Shown here piece after piece: positions 38,545 through 49,706 of a stretch of DNA of 64,000 nt (within the stretch, counting starts at the first letter, position 1; each line of letters starts with the position of its first letter). Position numbers and translations under genes: made by a program. Under the pieces are notes generated by a model. It was not told the origin of the DNA. It worked only from the letters and a program-made list of their open reading frames with translations, and searched no databases. The stretch covers positions 3,072,001-3,136,000 of the forward strand of contig CAVTTN010000002.1 in NCBI GenBank assembly GCA_963737655.1, in the 5' to 3' direction. The stretch is from an uncultured Planctomycetota bacterium (GTDB lineage: Bacteria > Planctomycetota > Planctomycetia > Isosphaerales > Isosphaeraceae).

Positions 38545-39920
38545 ATGTCTTGGGCACTCCTCGGCTTGGTCCTCGGGCTGGGAACCGGCGATCCGAACGA
38601 CCCGGCCAGGCTGGTTTACCAGCTGGCGCGGGCAAGTACGCCGATCGCGAGGCCGCCTCCCGCGCCCTGGAGCGGATCGGCGGAGAGGCCCTGCCGGCCC
38701 TGAAGACCGCCCGGGCCTCGCGGGACCCCGAGATCCGATCCCGGGCGACCGAGCTCGTCGAGATGATCGAAAATGACCTGATGGTCCGCCCCACCCTGGT
38801 TCGCCTGGAAGGCGGGGAGCGTCGGCTCTCCGATCTCCTGAAGGACCTGGGCGACCGCTCGGGGATCGTCCTGAGCGCCCCGCCCGAGCTCGGATCGCTC
38901 GCCGTGACCCCGGCGAACCCGGGCGAGCCGATGCCGTTCTGGACGGCCCTGGATGCCGCGTGCCGGGCCGGCGGGGTCCAGTTCGTCGGCAACGCCCCGG
39001 GCCTGTCGGTCTCGCCCTCCGGGGTCCGGACGATGGTCCTTCCCCTGTATCGGACGGTCCCGGGCTCACCTTCGGCGCCCTCGCAGACCTCGGGTCCGTT
39101 CCGCGTGACCCTCCTGAATCTGTCCTATCACAAGTCGCGGTCCTTCGGCGGGACCGTCGAGATGCCCCAGGCCCAGGGCGGCATCGTCCGCGGTCTCGAA
39201 CCCGGGGCCGTCGGCACCGAGCAATTCCAGGCCACTTTCCAGGTCCTGGCCGAGCCGAGGATGGCCATCGCCCTGGCCGGTCCCTCCGTCCGCCTGATCG
39301 ACGCGATCGACGACAAGGGGCAGTCCCTCCAGGTCCCCATCGCGGGCAACACGATCCAAAATCCGTCCGGCTACATGGGTTACGATGTCTTCGGCGGACT
39401 GTCGCTCCAGGTTCAGGCGACTCTCCACTATCCCGACGCCCCGGGCCGAACGATCCGCCGCCTGAAAGGCACGATCCCCCTGATCGTCTCCTCGCGGAAA
39501 GACGATCCCCTGGTGATCCCCCTGGCCGAGCCCACGGGCCGGACCTATCGTCAGGGCGACATGAGCCTGACGGTCCACGAGGTCAAGCCCGAGCCGTCCT
39601 TCCCCGGGCAGACCAATATTGACCTGACCGTCCGCTCCATGGCCCCCTCCAACGGCAATCAGGGGATGTTCAACCAGGAATTCCAGGCGTTCCGAGGCCC
39701 CGGCCAGCCGCAGAGCCAGTTCGAGATCGTCGATGGCCGAGGTCGGCCGATCGCCCAGTGGTACGTGACCAGCCAGACCTACGGCCCGGAAGGGCTCCGG
39801 ATGACGATCCGCGCGACTTCTCAGGAAAAAGCGGGATCGCCGGCCCAGATCCGGTATTATGAACTGGCTCGGGCGACCACCGAGGCGGAATTCGATTTCA
39901 ACGATGTGCCGATGCCCTGA
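38545..39920 (+). CDS. secreted hypothetical protein with N-terminal HEAT-like unit (paralogue 1), frameshift at ~38625
   Basis: MSWALLGLVLGLGTGDPNDPARLVYQL joins AGKYADREAASRAL if one G is added at 38625-38626; aligns with the next gene. Confidence 0.75.
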
Positions 39921-39996
39921 GCGGCGGCCTCGGGTCGGCCCGATGGACACGCCAAGAACACCTTGAGTATCGGACCCGGGACTCGGAGGCGAGGCG

Positions 39997-41364
39997 ATGA
40001 CCTGGATGCCCGTCGGACTGGCGGCGTGGGCCGCGATCGGCCTGGCGACCGGCCCCGAGGTCGAGTCGCTGATCGGCCAGCTCGGCTCGAACCGCTACGC
40101 CGATCGCGAGGCGGCGTCTCGGGCCCTGGAGGGCCTGGGGCCCCGCGCCTTCCCCGCCCTCAAGGCCGCTCGGTCGGACCGCGACCCCGAGGTCAAGAGC
40201 CGGGCCGAGGCCCTCCTGGACCTCATCGAGCGATCGCTCCTGACCCGCCCGGCCAGCATCCCGCTCGACGGCCGCGCCACGACCTTCGGGGCCGTGATCG
40301 ACGCCATCGGCGATGCCGAAGGCGTCTCCATCGGCCTGGGCGAAGGGGTGGACGGCCGCAAGACCTCGCCCCTCTCCGGCCGGGGCCACGCCCAGGTCGT
40401 CACGTTCTGGCAGGCGATGGACCGTCTGGCGCTGACCCCCGTCTGGGAGGCCGAGGCCGAATTCGGCCGGCCGAGCTTCCGCAGGACCACGACGCTCAAG
40501 GTCATCCCCCGAGCCCTGCCCGCCCCCATCACGTCCGACTCCGGGCCGTTCCGCACCTCGGTCCAGACCCTGGTCTACGCGCCCGAGATCGCCGCGTTCG
40601 ACGGATTCCCCCGCCCGGCCGGCGAGGCCGCGGCGAGGCGAGGCCCCCGGGAAATGGACCTGGTCGTCCAGCTCGAGGTCTCCGCCGAACCCCGCCTGTC
40701 GCTCCGCCCGGCCGGATCCATCAAGCTCTTCGAGGCCACCGACGACCGCGGCCAGGCCCTCAACCTCTCCTCCCGAGGGCCGGGCGCGGCGGATAACCTC
40801 GTCCCGGGCGCCGAACAGTCCGTGCCGACCCTCCAGCAACTCCTCCGCCTGAAGCCCCCGGCCCGGGTCGGCATGACCCTGAAGCGGCTCCGGGGCGCGA
40901 TCCCGGTCCAGGTCGAGGCCCGCCGCATCGATCCGACCGTCATCCCCCTGTCCAACGCGGCGACCGCCGAGAAGAGGCCGGTCAATTGCGGGGGCGTGAT
41001 CCTCACCGTCCACGCCCTCCTGCCCCAGACCCGCCGGTTCTCCGGCGGCTATCAGATCGACATGACCATCCGCACCGAGGGATGGGTCGGCCCCCAGGGC
41101 CGCTTCGGCCAGAGGCGGCAGTGGGAGTGGATGAATAGCGAAGGCGAACGGGTCTGGCAGAACCTGGAGATCGTCGACGCCCAGGGCCGGACCCTCCGAG
41201 CCGGCCCGTCCCGGCCCGTCGCCTCGGACAACGAGGGGGTCCGCGTCCTCCTGGACGTGACCGCCGGGGACGACAACCAGCCCCCCGCCGAGATCCGCTA
41301 CTACGGAATGATCCGGACCAACCTCGACATCCCGTTCGATTTCGCCGACCTCAAGCTCCCGTAA
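39997..41364 (+). CDS. secreted hypothetical protein with N-terminal HEAT-like unit (paralogue 2)
   Basis: LIGQLGSNRYADREAASRAL...DPEVKSRA; shares SGPFR, EPR, LxGxIP, EIVD and IRYY blocks with the upstream gene. Confidence 0.8.
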   Translation: MTWMPVGLAAWAAIGLATGPEVESLIGQLGSNRYADREAASRALEGLGPRAFPALKAARSDRDPEVKSRAEALLDLIERSLLTRPASIPLDGRATTFGAVIDAIGDAEGVSIGLGEGVDGRKTSPLSGRGHAQVVTFWQAMDRLALTPVWEAEAEFGRPSFRRTTTLKVIPRALPAPITSDSGPFRTSVQTLVYAPEIAAFDGFPRPAGEAAARRGPREMDLVVQLEVSAEPRLSLRPAGSIKLFEATDDRGQALNLSSRGPGAADNLVPGAEQSVPTLQQLLRLKPPARVGMTLKRLRGAIPVQVEARRIDPTVIPLSNAATAEKRPVNCGGVILTVHALLPQTRRFSGGYQIDMTIRTEGWVGPQGRFGQRRQWEWMNSEGERVWQNLEIVDAQGRTLRAGPSRPVASDNEGVRVLLDVTAGDDNQPPAEIRYYGMIRTNLDIPFDFADLKLP

Positions 41365-41445
41365 TGGGCCTCGCACGCGCCCAGGGCGGATCGCGGCCCG
41401 TCCTCCTCGACGAGCGGGTCGGGCAGGCCCCACAGCCTGCCGGCC

Positions 41446-42291
41446 TCACCAACCGTCGGCTCTAGTGATCCGCCGGACCCAATCCAGGAACCGCTCGTCG
41501 ATGCTCTCCGGATGCTGCCGGAGGTGACGGATGCATTCCAGGACGATCGGCCCGACATAGCCGATCCGGTCGAGCGAGCCGAGCCAGTCCTCCCAGACGA
41601 CCGACCCCATGCCCGGCGGCAGGTGGGAATCCTGTCGGCCGTTGTTGTCGTGAACATGGGTGGTGACGAGCCCCGTTGCCGCGTCGAGCGTCTCCGAGGC
41701 CGCGGAGGCGACGAGGTTCGCATGCCCGGTGTCCAGGGCCAGCCCGAGCTCGGGTCGGCCGATCTCGGCCACCAGCGCCGTCAGGTCGGCCATCCGGCTC
41801 CCGGGATGGACCCCCGGCGGCATGTTCTCGACGGCGATCCGCAGCCCCATCGGCTTCGCATGGTCCGCCAGCAGGACCAGCCCCTCGGCCAGCCGGCCTT
41901 TCCTTGCCTCCTGCTCCTGAACATCGGACAGCCCGCCCGGATGGACCACGAGGACCGTCCCGCCCGCCTTGTTAAGCCAGTCGAGGCAGGTTTTCAGGTC
42001 ATCCAGGCTGGCCTGGAACACGGCGAGCGTGGTCGATCCGAGGTCCACCCGGGATGCCCGGATGGACTGGCCTCCCCAACAACCGTGGGCGCTGTGGACC
42101 CGGAGGCCGGCATCGACGATCCGTCGTCCCAGCTCGGCGGGATCGGGCAGCGCCGACCATTCCGGGAGGACCTCGACGACCTCGGCGCCGATCCGTCGGG
42201 CGATTCCCAGGTCCACGTCGATCGGGCTCCGAGGGAACCCGTGGACGACCATCGTTCCGAGCGTCCGGGCCGGGCGATTCGTGGGGATCAT
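41446..42291 (-). CDS. sugar phosphate isomerase/epimerase (AP endonuclease 2 TIM barrel)
   Basis: VVHPG, AVENMP, LDTGHAN, HVHDNNGRQDSHLPPG and LEC. Confidence 0.88.
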   Translation of the reverse strand: MIPTNRPARTLGTMVVHGFPRSPIDVDLGIARRIGAEVVEVLPEWSALPDPAELGRRIVDAGLRVHSAHGCWGGQSIRASRVDLGSTTLAVFQASLDDLKTCLDWLNKAGGTVLVVHPGGLSDVQEQEARKGRLAEGLVLLADHAKPMGLRIAVENMPPGVHPGSRMADLTALVAEIGRPELGLALDTGHANLVASAASETLDAATGLVTTHVHDNNGRQDSHLPPGMGSVVWEDWLGSLDRIGYVGPIVLECIRHLRQHPESIDERFLDWVRRITRADGW

Positions 42292-42462
42292 CGGGCAAGT
42301 CCGGGCCGGGTCGGCGACGGTTTCGGGGCTCGACCCTCTTGCCCTCGAACCCGAGTCGAGTCATGATATCCCATCGCCGGCCCGTCCGGCCATCGGCCCG
42401 TTTCTCGACCTCGACCGTGCCCGCGGGGTCGCCCCTCGACCCCGGGGAAAGGACCATCCCGA

Positions 42463-42951
42463 ATGCCCCCCGTCGCGCTGGTCGATCCCTCGACCATCGA
42501 TACCTCACACGTCCTCTACGACCTGGAGGGGATTCGCCGGGGGAACCCGCAACGCTTCGAGATGGAGCAACTCGACGCCATCGTCGGCCTTGAGCCGGAG
42601 AATCACCTGATCATCGGGTTCAAGGACGTCCGCCCCGACGAGTTCTGGGTCCGCGGCCACATGCCCGATTACCCCTTGATGCCCGGCGTCCTGATGTGCG
42701 AGGCCGCCGCCCAGCTTTGCAGCTTCTATTGCCACACGATCAAGATCATCGAGGACGGCTTCATCGGGTTCGGCGGGATGGAAGACGTCCGCTTCCGGGG
42801 CCAGGTCAAGCCCGGCGACCGCCTCGTGATCCTCGCCAAGGCCGCCAAGGTCCACCGCCGCCAGACCGTCTTCGAGACCCAGGGCTTCGTCGGCACGAAC
42901 ATGGTCTATCACGGCAAGATCATCGGCGTCCCCCTGGCCAACCGAGACTAG
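42463..42951 (+). CDS. fabZ: 3-hydroxyacyl-ACP dehydratase (FabZ/FabA family)
   Basis: GHMPDYPLMPGVLMCEAAAQ (His/Glu catalytic pair) and FRGQVKPGD. Confidence 0.8.
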   Translation: MPPVALVDPSTIDTSHVLYDLEGIRRGNPQRFEMEQLDAIVGLEPENHLIIGFKDVRPDEFWVRGHMPDYPLMPGVLMCEAAAQLCSFYCHTIKIIEDGFIGFGGMEDVRFRGQVKPGDRLVILAKAAKVHRRQTVFETQGFVGTNMVYHGKIIGVPLANRD

Positions 42952-42964
42952 TTAGATCGCCCCG

Positions 42965-43586
42965 ATGACCGCCTCCCACCCCGAACTCGACGTCTCCCCC
43001 TTCACCCTCGACATGCCCTCGGCCCCCGTCGATTGGGCCGCCCTGTTCGGCAACGATCATCCGATCGAGCTCGAAATCGGCTCCGGCAAGGGCCTTTTTT
43101 TGGCGAATGCCGGGCAGAGTCGACCCGATCGGAACTTTCTCGGGGTCGAGATCGCCAAAAAATACGCACGAAGGGCGGCCGAACGGATCGCCCGGCGAGG
43201 GCTGGCGAACGTGAAGATCTTGCCGGGCGATGCCCGGAGGTTCCTCCACGAGTTCGTCCCGGCCGGGAGCGTCGCGGCGCTCCACATCTACTTCCCCGAT
43301 CCCTGGTGGAAGAAGAGGCACCGGAAACGCCGGGTCTTTTGCGAACCGTTCGTGGATGACGTGGCCCGGGCGCTCGTCCCCTCGGGCGATTTCCGGATCG
43401 CCACGGACGTCGAGGAGTATTTCGGCGTCATGCAGGAACTCATCGAGCGCCCGGACCGACTTCCAACCCGGTCCTCCGTTCGAGGCGAATGACCCGGAGC
43501 ACGACCTCGACTACCTCACGAACTTCGAGCGCAAGTATCGGATCGAAGGCCGGCCAATCTACCGAACGCATTACCAGAAAACGTAG
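42965..43586 (+). CDS. trmB: tRNA (guanine-N7)-methyltransferase, frameshift at ~43447
   Basis: LEIGSGKG, GVEI, YFPDPWWKKRH and ATD; the C-terminus TNFERKY is in another frame. Confidence 0.9.
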
Positions 43587-43603
43587 GGTGCATGCAATGC
43601 ACC
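43583..43603 (+). repeat. GTAG-type REP-like palindrome
   Basis: GTAG followed by GGTGCAT-GCA-ATGCACC, between convergent trmB and purF. Confidence 0.4.
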
Positions 43604-43625
43604 AACCCGCGGGAGGAGCCTGCGG

Positions 43626-45209
43626 CTACCGCCGTTCGTAGGCCCGGATTCCGCCGGCGCCATTGGAGTGGCAGGTCGTTTCGAGGGCGTCGATTTCGTA
43701 AAGCCTCTGGCCGGTCGGGGTTGGGTATTCGCCCGTCACGCAGGCCCGGCAGAGCCGATCGGGCGAGAGTCCGACGGATCGGGCCAGGGACGAGACCGGC
43801 AGATAGCGCAGGCTATCGGCCCCAAGCTCCGCCGCGAGCCTCGCCTGGGCCTCGTCCGAGAGGCCGCCGTCGGGCAGGTCGGCGAACTTCGGGGCCACGA
43901 GTTCATCGCGGCTGGACATGTCGATCCCGTAATAGCACGGGGCGATGATGGGCGGGCACGCCACCCGGAGGTGGATTTCCCTGGCCCCGCCCCTCTCGCG
44001 GATCTCATTGACCAGCGCCCGCATCGTCGTGGAGCGGACGATCGAATCCTCGACGAGCAGAACCCTCTTGCCGGCCAGGACTTCGGGCAACGGCGTATAC
44101 TTCACGCGGACCTTGGCCGCACGGTCCGCCGTCCCCTCGATGAACGTCCGTCCGACGTAGCGGTTCCTCATCAACCCCTCCACCGAGGGGAGGCCCAGCG
44201 CGAACGCCAGGGCATCGCCGGCCGCCTTCGCCGTGTCGGGCACCGGCACGACGATCGTATCGGGATCGAGCGGGACGTCTTCCAGCTTCGCCAGCTCCCG
44301 ACCCAGCGCCGCGCGGCTCAAATAAACCGAACGATCGTCCAGGGTGCTGGCGACGTTGGCGAAATAGATCCATTCGAAGAAGCAATGGGCCGGCTTCCTC
44401 TCGGCGGCGAACCGCTCGATCCGGACTCCGTCCTCGTTGACGATCGCCAGGGTCCCGGGTTCGAGCGATCGGATGCCGGTGAACCCCAGGTTCGCCAGGG
44501 GGACGCTCTCGCTGGCCGCGGCGAACAGGGGCCCGTCCTCGGCGATGCACAACGGCCGGATTCCCAGGGGATCGCGGGCCACGATCAACTCGCCGGTGGC
44601 CGAGAGCAGGACCACGTTGTACGCGCCGTCGAACGTCTCGGCCAATCGCGCGAAGATCCGAGTCCAGTCCGGCCGGTCCCCCTGGTCCTGAAGCTCGTAG
44701 GAGATCGAGTGCATCAGGATTTCGGTGTCGGTGTCCCTCTTGAGGTGATAGTCCCCCTTGTCGAGCAGCTCCTGCTTGAGTTCGGCATAATTGGCCAGTT
44801 GGCCATTAAAGGCAAATGCAAACCATTTGGTCTTGCGTCCGTGGGAGCGTTCGAAGGGCTGGGCGTAGCTCTTGTCCTCGGCCCCGCAGGTGGCGTAGCG
44901 GACGTGGCCGATGGCGGCGGGGCCGCCGTGTTTCTTCATGATCGATTCGAATTTGTCGCGATGGTTGAGGCGGAAGGCCTCGGCGACGGTGCCCAGCTCC
45001 TTGTGGGTTTCGAGGAGGGCCTGGCGGTCGGGGTCGTAGCTGGTCATCCCGGCGGCGAGCTGGCCGCGGTTCTGCATGTCCAGGAGCATCCGGGGGATCA
45101 GCCGGGCCACGCTGGAGAGGTCGCCCGGGATCGGGGCGATCCGGCTCACGGGCTGGCCGGTGGCGTGGTACACGGCGGCGACGCCGCACTCGTGGAAGAG
45201 TTCACCCAT
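43626..45209 (-). CDS. purF: amidophosphoribosyltransferase
   Basis: HECGV N-terminal nucleophile, [30 protein letters not shown] and CRAC. Confidence 0.95.
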   Translation of the reverse strand: MGELFHECGVAAVYHATGQPVSRIAPIPGDLSSVARLIPRMLLDMQNRGQLAAGMTSYDPDRQALLETHKELGTVAEAFRLNHRDKFESIMKKHGGPAAIGHVRYATCGAEDKSYAQPFERSHGRKTKWFAFAFNGQLANYAELKQELLDKGDYHLKRDTDTEILMHSISYELQDQGDRPDWTRIFARLAETFDGAYNVVLLSATGELIVARDPLGIRPLCIAEDGPLFAAASESVPLANLGFTGIRSLEPGTLAIVNEDGVRIERFAAERKPAHCFFEWIYFANVASTLDDRSVYLSRAALGRELAKLEDVPLDPDTIVVPVPDTAKAAGDALAFALGLPSVEGLMRNRYVGRTFIEGTADRAAKVRVKYTPLPEVLAGKRVLLVEDSIVRSTTMRALVNEIRERGGAREIHLRVACPPIIAPCYYGIDMSSRDELVAPKFADLPDGGLSDEAQARLAAELGADSLRYLPVSSLARSVGLSPDRLCRACVTGEYPTPTGQRLYEIDALETTCHSNGAGGIRAYERR

Positions 45210-45302
45210 GGGCGGTCATGACCCCGAGGAAGAGGAGGGTGGTCCGCCCGAGGGGGCGCCGCGACGGTTGACGCATCTAGGCTAGGCCGCTCGGACGGAA
45301 CT

Positions 45303-45331
45303 ATTATAATGTCGGCGTGAAGACGGCACAA
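45303..45331 (-). promoter_or_regulatory. putative purF promoter; palindromic -10 shared with proB
   Basis: Minus strand TTGTGC (45331-45326), 17-bp spacer, TATAAT (45308-45303). ATTATAAT also reads TATAAT on the plus strand. Confidence 0.5.
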
Positions 45332-45415
45332 TCTTCGGCCGGCGCGTCGTGGCCGGACGATCGGCGCGTCGGCCGCCCCATCGACGAGAAAACGCCGGCG
45401 AAGGAGCGGTCTCGG

Positions 45416-46561
45416 ATGTCGCGCGATCTGGTCCGCGATGAGGTGGTCCACTCGGCGGCGACCTGGGTCGTGAAGGTCGGCTCCAGCGTCCTGGCCGGGC
45501 CCGACGGCCGCCTCGACCTGGACCGGATCGGCCACCTCGCCGAGCAGATCAGCGCCGTGGCCGCCACCGGCCGGCGCGTGGCCCTGGTGAGCTCCGGGGC
45601 CGTGGGCGCCGGGATCGGCCGCCTTGGGCTTTCGAAGCGCCCCGACACCTTGCCCCAGGTCCAGGCGGCGGCGGCGGTTGGCCAATCCTACCTGATCCGG
45701 GCGTATGACGAGGGCTTCCGCCGCCACGGCCGCCACGCCGCCCAGCTCCTGCTGACTCATGAAGACTTCGACAGCCGACCTCGCTACCTGAACATGAGGA
45801 ACACCCTGGCGGCCCTCTTCGCCTGGGACGCGGTCCCGGTGATCAACGAGAATGACACGATCAGCGTGGACGAGATCAAGTTCGGCGACAACGACCGGCT
45901 CGCCGCGATGGTCGCGAACCTGCTCCGGGCGCCGTTGCTCGTGATCTTGAGCGTCGCCCCCGGCCTCTGCCGGGCCGACCCCGGCACCGGCGGCTTCGGC
46001 GAGGTGATCCCGCTCGTCCCGGACCTGGATGACGCCGCGATGGGCCTCGCCGGGGACAGCCGCAGCGCCCTGGGCACCGGCGGGATGAAGAGCAAGCTGC
46101 AATCGGCGAGGCTCGTGACCCAGGCCGGCGGGTCCGTGATCATCGCCCCCGGCCGATCCGAATCCCCCCTGACCCGAATCCTCCGCGGCGAGCCACTCGG
46201 CACCCTCTTCCTCGCCAAGAGGGGCCAGGCCCACGGCGCCCGCAAGCGCTGGATCGGCCTGACCGCCCGCCCCCGGGGCCGTTACGTCGTCGATCTCGGG
46301 GCCCGGCAGGCGCTCGAAAGCGGCACCAAGAGCCTGCTGTCGATCGGAGTGGTGGACGTCCTGGGCGAATTCGAGAAGGGGGACGTCGTCGGCATCGAGG
46401 ACCCCGACGGCCACGAATTCGCCCGAGGGCTGACCAATTACGGCACGAGCGAGGCCCGATTGATCCGGGGGCTTCGGACCGACCAGGTCCGCCAGGCCCT
46501 GGGCCAGGCCGCCCCGTATGAAGAAGTCGTCCACAAGGACAATCTCGTCCTCACGGATTGA
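45416..46561 (+). CDS. proB: glutamate 5-kinase
   Basis: VVKVGSS, VSSGAV, INENDT, FGDND, GTGGMKSK and a PUA domain; AAGGAG RBS before ATG 45416. Confidence 0.96.
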   Translation: MSRDLVRDEVVHSAATWVVKVGSSVLAGPDGRLDLDRIGHLAEQISAVAATGRRVALVSSGAVGAGIGRLGLSKRPDTLPQVQAAAAVGQSYLIRAYDEGFRRHGRHAAQLLLTHEDFDSRPRYLNMRNTLAALFAWDAVPVINENDTISVDEIKFGDNDRLAAMVANLLRAPLLVILSVAPGLCRADPGTGGFGEVIPLVPDLDDAAMGLAGDSRSALGTGGMKSKLQSARLVTQAGGSVIIAPGRSESPLTRILRGEPLGTLFLAKRGQAHGARKRWIGLTARPRGRYVVDLGARQALESGTKSLLSIGVVDVLGEFEKGDVVGIEDPDGHEFARGLTNYGTSEARLIRGLRTDQVRQALGQAAPYEEVVHKDNLVLTD

Positions 46562-46576
46562 GCCCGCGGCCCCGGA

Positions 46577-47245
46577 TCAGGCCGAACGGGGCGCCTTCCG
46601 GCGACGGCGGGCGAACCGGCCGAGGGACAGGAGCCCCAGCCCGGTCAGGGTCAGGCTCGCGGGCTCGGGGACCGCGTTGGCCGACCCGGCGATCCCATCG
46701 ACCCGCAGGCCGGTCGGGCCTCCCCCGGAATTGCTGACCACGAAGTCCAGCACGTTCGTCCCCCCGAGGAAATTCCCGCCCGCAGGGAGGCTGAACGCGA
46801 CCAGCGACCCGTTGAACCCGGCGAGTCCGACCCCGGTATCGGCCCCGTTCAGATAGATCTCCACGCCATCGTCCGACGAGAAGCTGCCCGAGATCGTGGC
46901 CGTCGAGGGGTCGAGGCCGGCACCCAGGGAGAAGGTGGTCCGATAGTCGTAGATCGGCGGCGATCCGGGAAACGTCTGATCAAGGTTCGGGTCGGGCCCG
47001 ATCCATTGCGAGGTCGGGCCGTTGGCCTCGTAGCTGCTGGGAATATTCGACGAGACGAACGCGTTCGTGAACCCGCCCGGCGCGCTCACCAGGCTGTAAT
47101 GCAGGTCCAACGCCCCGCCGGGGGCGAGGACGCCGTTGGTGATCACGCCGGTGTCATAAAGGTCGGTGATCGGGTCGGCCGTCGCGGCCGACGCGAGGGC
47201 GAGGACGCAGGCCGGGGCGAGGCCCCATCTCAGCGCGGTCTTCAT
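46577..47245 (-). CDS. PEP-CTERM sorting domain protein
   Basis: Signal peptide; C-terminal VPEPASL, a transmembrane segment and RRRRK. Confidence 0.93.
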   Translation of the reverse strand: MKTALRWGLAPACVLALASAATADPITDLYDTGVITNGVLAPGGALDLHYSLVSAPGGFTNAFVSSNIPSSYEANGPTSQWIGPDPNLDQTFPGSPPIYDYRTTFSLGAGLDPSTATISGSFSSDDGVEIYLNGADTGVGLAGFNGSLVAFSLPAGGNFLGGTNVLDFVVSNSGGGPTGLRVDGIAGSANAVPEPASLTLTGLGLLSLGRFARRRRKAPRSA

Positions 47246-47603
47246 GGCTGCATGCTCCTGGGCAGTCGGACAACCGCCCGCGCCACCCGCGGGCCGGCGG
47301 GATGATCACACGGCACCGGACTCGGGTAGTCAAGTCAAATCCAGATCATTGAAGTGTGAGATTTCTATGTAGACGAGGCCCTCCGCGGCGCGTTCGGGCG
47401 GGAGGGGCGGGCCGGCGTCGCCCGGCCGGGGCCCTGCGATCGCCGGTGCCGATCGCGACGGACGTCCGGCCTGTACCGGGGGCGGGTCGGCCCGGCGTCG
47501 CGCCGGCCTGATCGCCCGATCGACTCCCTCCGATAGTACGGGAAGACGGCCGGGGACGCGGCGAGGAACGCCCGTCGGATCGGTCTTCCAGGAGGGGCGA
47601 CCC

Positions 47604-49473
47604 GTGAAGCTCAACCGCCGCACGGCCCTGGGCGTGCTCGGGGCGATGGGGGCCGCGTCGGCGGCCTCGGCGCCGGCCCGGGGGCTGGACTTGCCCTCGC
47701 CGATCCCCCTGCCGCCCGCCCCCGTGGGCCGAGGGGTCCGAGGGCGGATGACCGGCGCCCGCGCCGCCGTCGCCGCGTTGCGGGCCGAGGGCGTCCGCGT
47801 CGTCTACGGGGTCCCCGGCGCCCAGAACAACGAGTCTCTGGGACGCGATGAAGGCCCTCGGCCAGCAGTATTTGCTCGTCACCAATGAATCCTCGGCCAG
47901 CGTGATGGCCGATGCCGCCGCTCGGGTCTCGGGCGAGGTCGGCGTCTTCTCCGTGGTGCCCGGACCCGGGCTGACCAACGCCATGACCGGCATCGGCGAG
48001 GCCCTCCACGACAGCATCCCGATCGTCGGCATCGTCACCGACGTGATCCGGGGGCCGAATGCCCACATCGGCCAGGTTCATGGCCTTGCCAATGGCGCGT
48101 TGATGCGGCCGATCTGCAAGGCCGTCTATGAGTTGCAGCACCCCTCGCAAATCCCCGGCGCGATCCACCAGGCGTTCCGCGTGGCGGTCTCCGGCGAGCC
48201 CGGCCCGGTCGGCGTGGTGGTGCCATTCCCGCTCTGGAACGAGATGTGGGATTATGACGAGCCGATCCCGCCTCCCCTGCCCGTCCCGTTCGACGAGGCC
48301 GCCTATCGCCGGGCCCTCGGCCTGCTCTCCGACCGCCGGATGAGGGTCGGCATCTACGCCGGCCTCGGCTGCGTGAACGCCGGGCCGGCCCTCGCCGCCG
48401 TGGCCGAGACGCTTCAGGCCCCGGTGGCCACCTCCGTGAGCGGCAAGGGCGTGATCCCCGACGCCCACCCCCTGGCCGTCGGCTGGGGCTATGGCAAGCA
48501 GGGCACCCGCGCCGCCGAGAAAGCGTTCGAGAACGTGGATCTGGTCCTCGCGGTCGGCGTGAAGTACAGCGAGGTCTCGACCGCGAACTACTCGATCCCG
48601 GATGGTCACAAGATCATCCACGTCGATGCCAATCCGAACAACCTGGGCAAGAACGTCCACGCCTGCGCCGCCGTGGCGGCCGATTCCCGCCTGTTCCTCG
48701 ACCGCCTGATGGCCGATTCGTCCGCGATCCGCCGGCCGGCCAGCCCGCCGCTTTGGGGATCGATCAAGGAACTCCGCGACCGAGACCGCCACGAATATTC
48801 TCGGGTGAGGATCACCTCGGCCGTCGATCCGATGGTCTTCCTCTGGTATCTGAGAAGGTCCTTGCGCTGCGATTCGCTGATGTTCGTGGACGTGACCGCC
48901 TCGACCCACTGGGCGAGCGAGGCCATCGAGGTGCCCGGCCCGAGGCTCTATTTCACGCCGGCCAACAACCAAGCGATGGGCTGGTCGGTGCCGGCGGCCG
49001 TGGGGGCCCAGAGGCTCGACCCGTCCCGGCCGGTGGCGTGCGTCGTCGGCGACGGCTCGTTCCTGATGACGGGCCTGGAAGCCTCCACGGCCGCGAGGAT
49101 GGCCCTGCCGGTGAAATTCTTCGTCTTCGACGACGGGGCCTATCACTACATGCAGATGCTCCAGGAGCCCACCTTCCGGCGGACCACCGCCACCGAGATC
49201 GCCCCCATCGATTACTGCGCCTTCGCCCGCGCCCTCGGACTCTCCTTCAACAACATCGCCGCGAACGAGGAGATCGTCCCCGGCATCGCGCGATCGCTGA
49301 GCATGCCGGGCCCGGTCCTGACCCGCGTGGCGATCGGCTACGACGGCCGAGACATCCGCTGGCTCTCGGCCTTGAAAAAATCGTACATCGACCACCTCTC
49401 CGGCCCGCAGAAGCTCCGGATGGCCTCGAGGATCGCGGTCCGTTCGATGAATCTCCGGCCCAATTGCGATTGA
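47604..49473 (+). CDS. thiamine pyrophosphate-binding enzyme (acetolactate synthase-like) with Tat-like signal, frameshift at ~47835
   Basis: GTG start LNRRTALGVLG; YGVPGAQN joins WDAMK; NE..A..MADAAAR, PGPGLTN and GDGSF TPP motif. Confidence 0.85.
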
Positions 49474-49706
49474 TGGGGCGAACCAAGCCGAACCGGGAAC
49501 GAATGCCCTGATGATCCGATCGTCAAGGGCAGGAGCCAGGAATGCCGTCCCGATCCGGCGGAGAAACCCGGCGAACTGACCTTCCCCGATCCCGGGGGAG
49601 AGCGTAACATCCTCGCCCGGCGGGGGAGCCTTCCAGGACGGATGGCCATCTCGCCGGTGATCAGGGATGATCGAATTGCGGGGCCTTCATGGATGACGCG
49701 ACGGCC

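Noticed and set aside
45268..45310. TTGACG...TATAAT as the proB promoter
   Set aside because: The spacer is 31 bp, far from 16-18.
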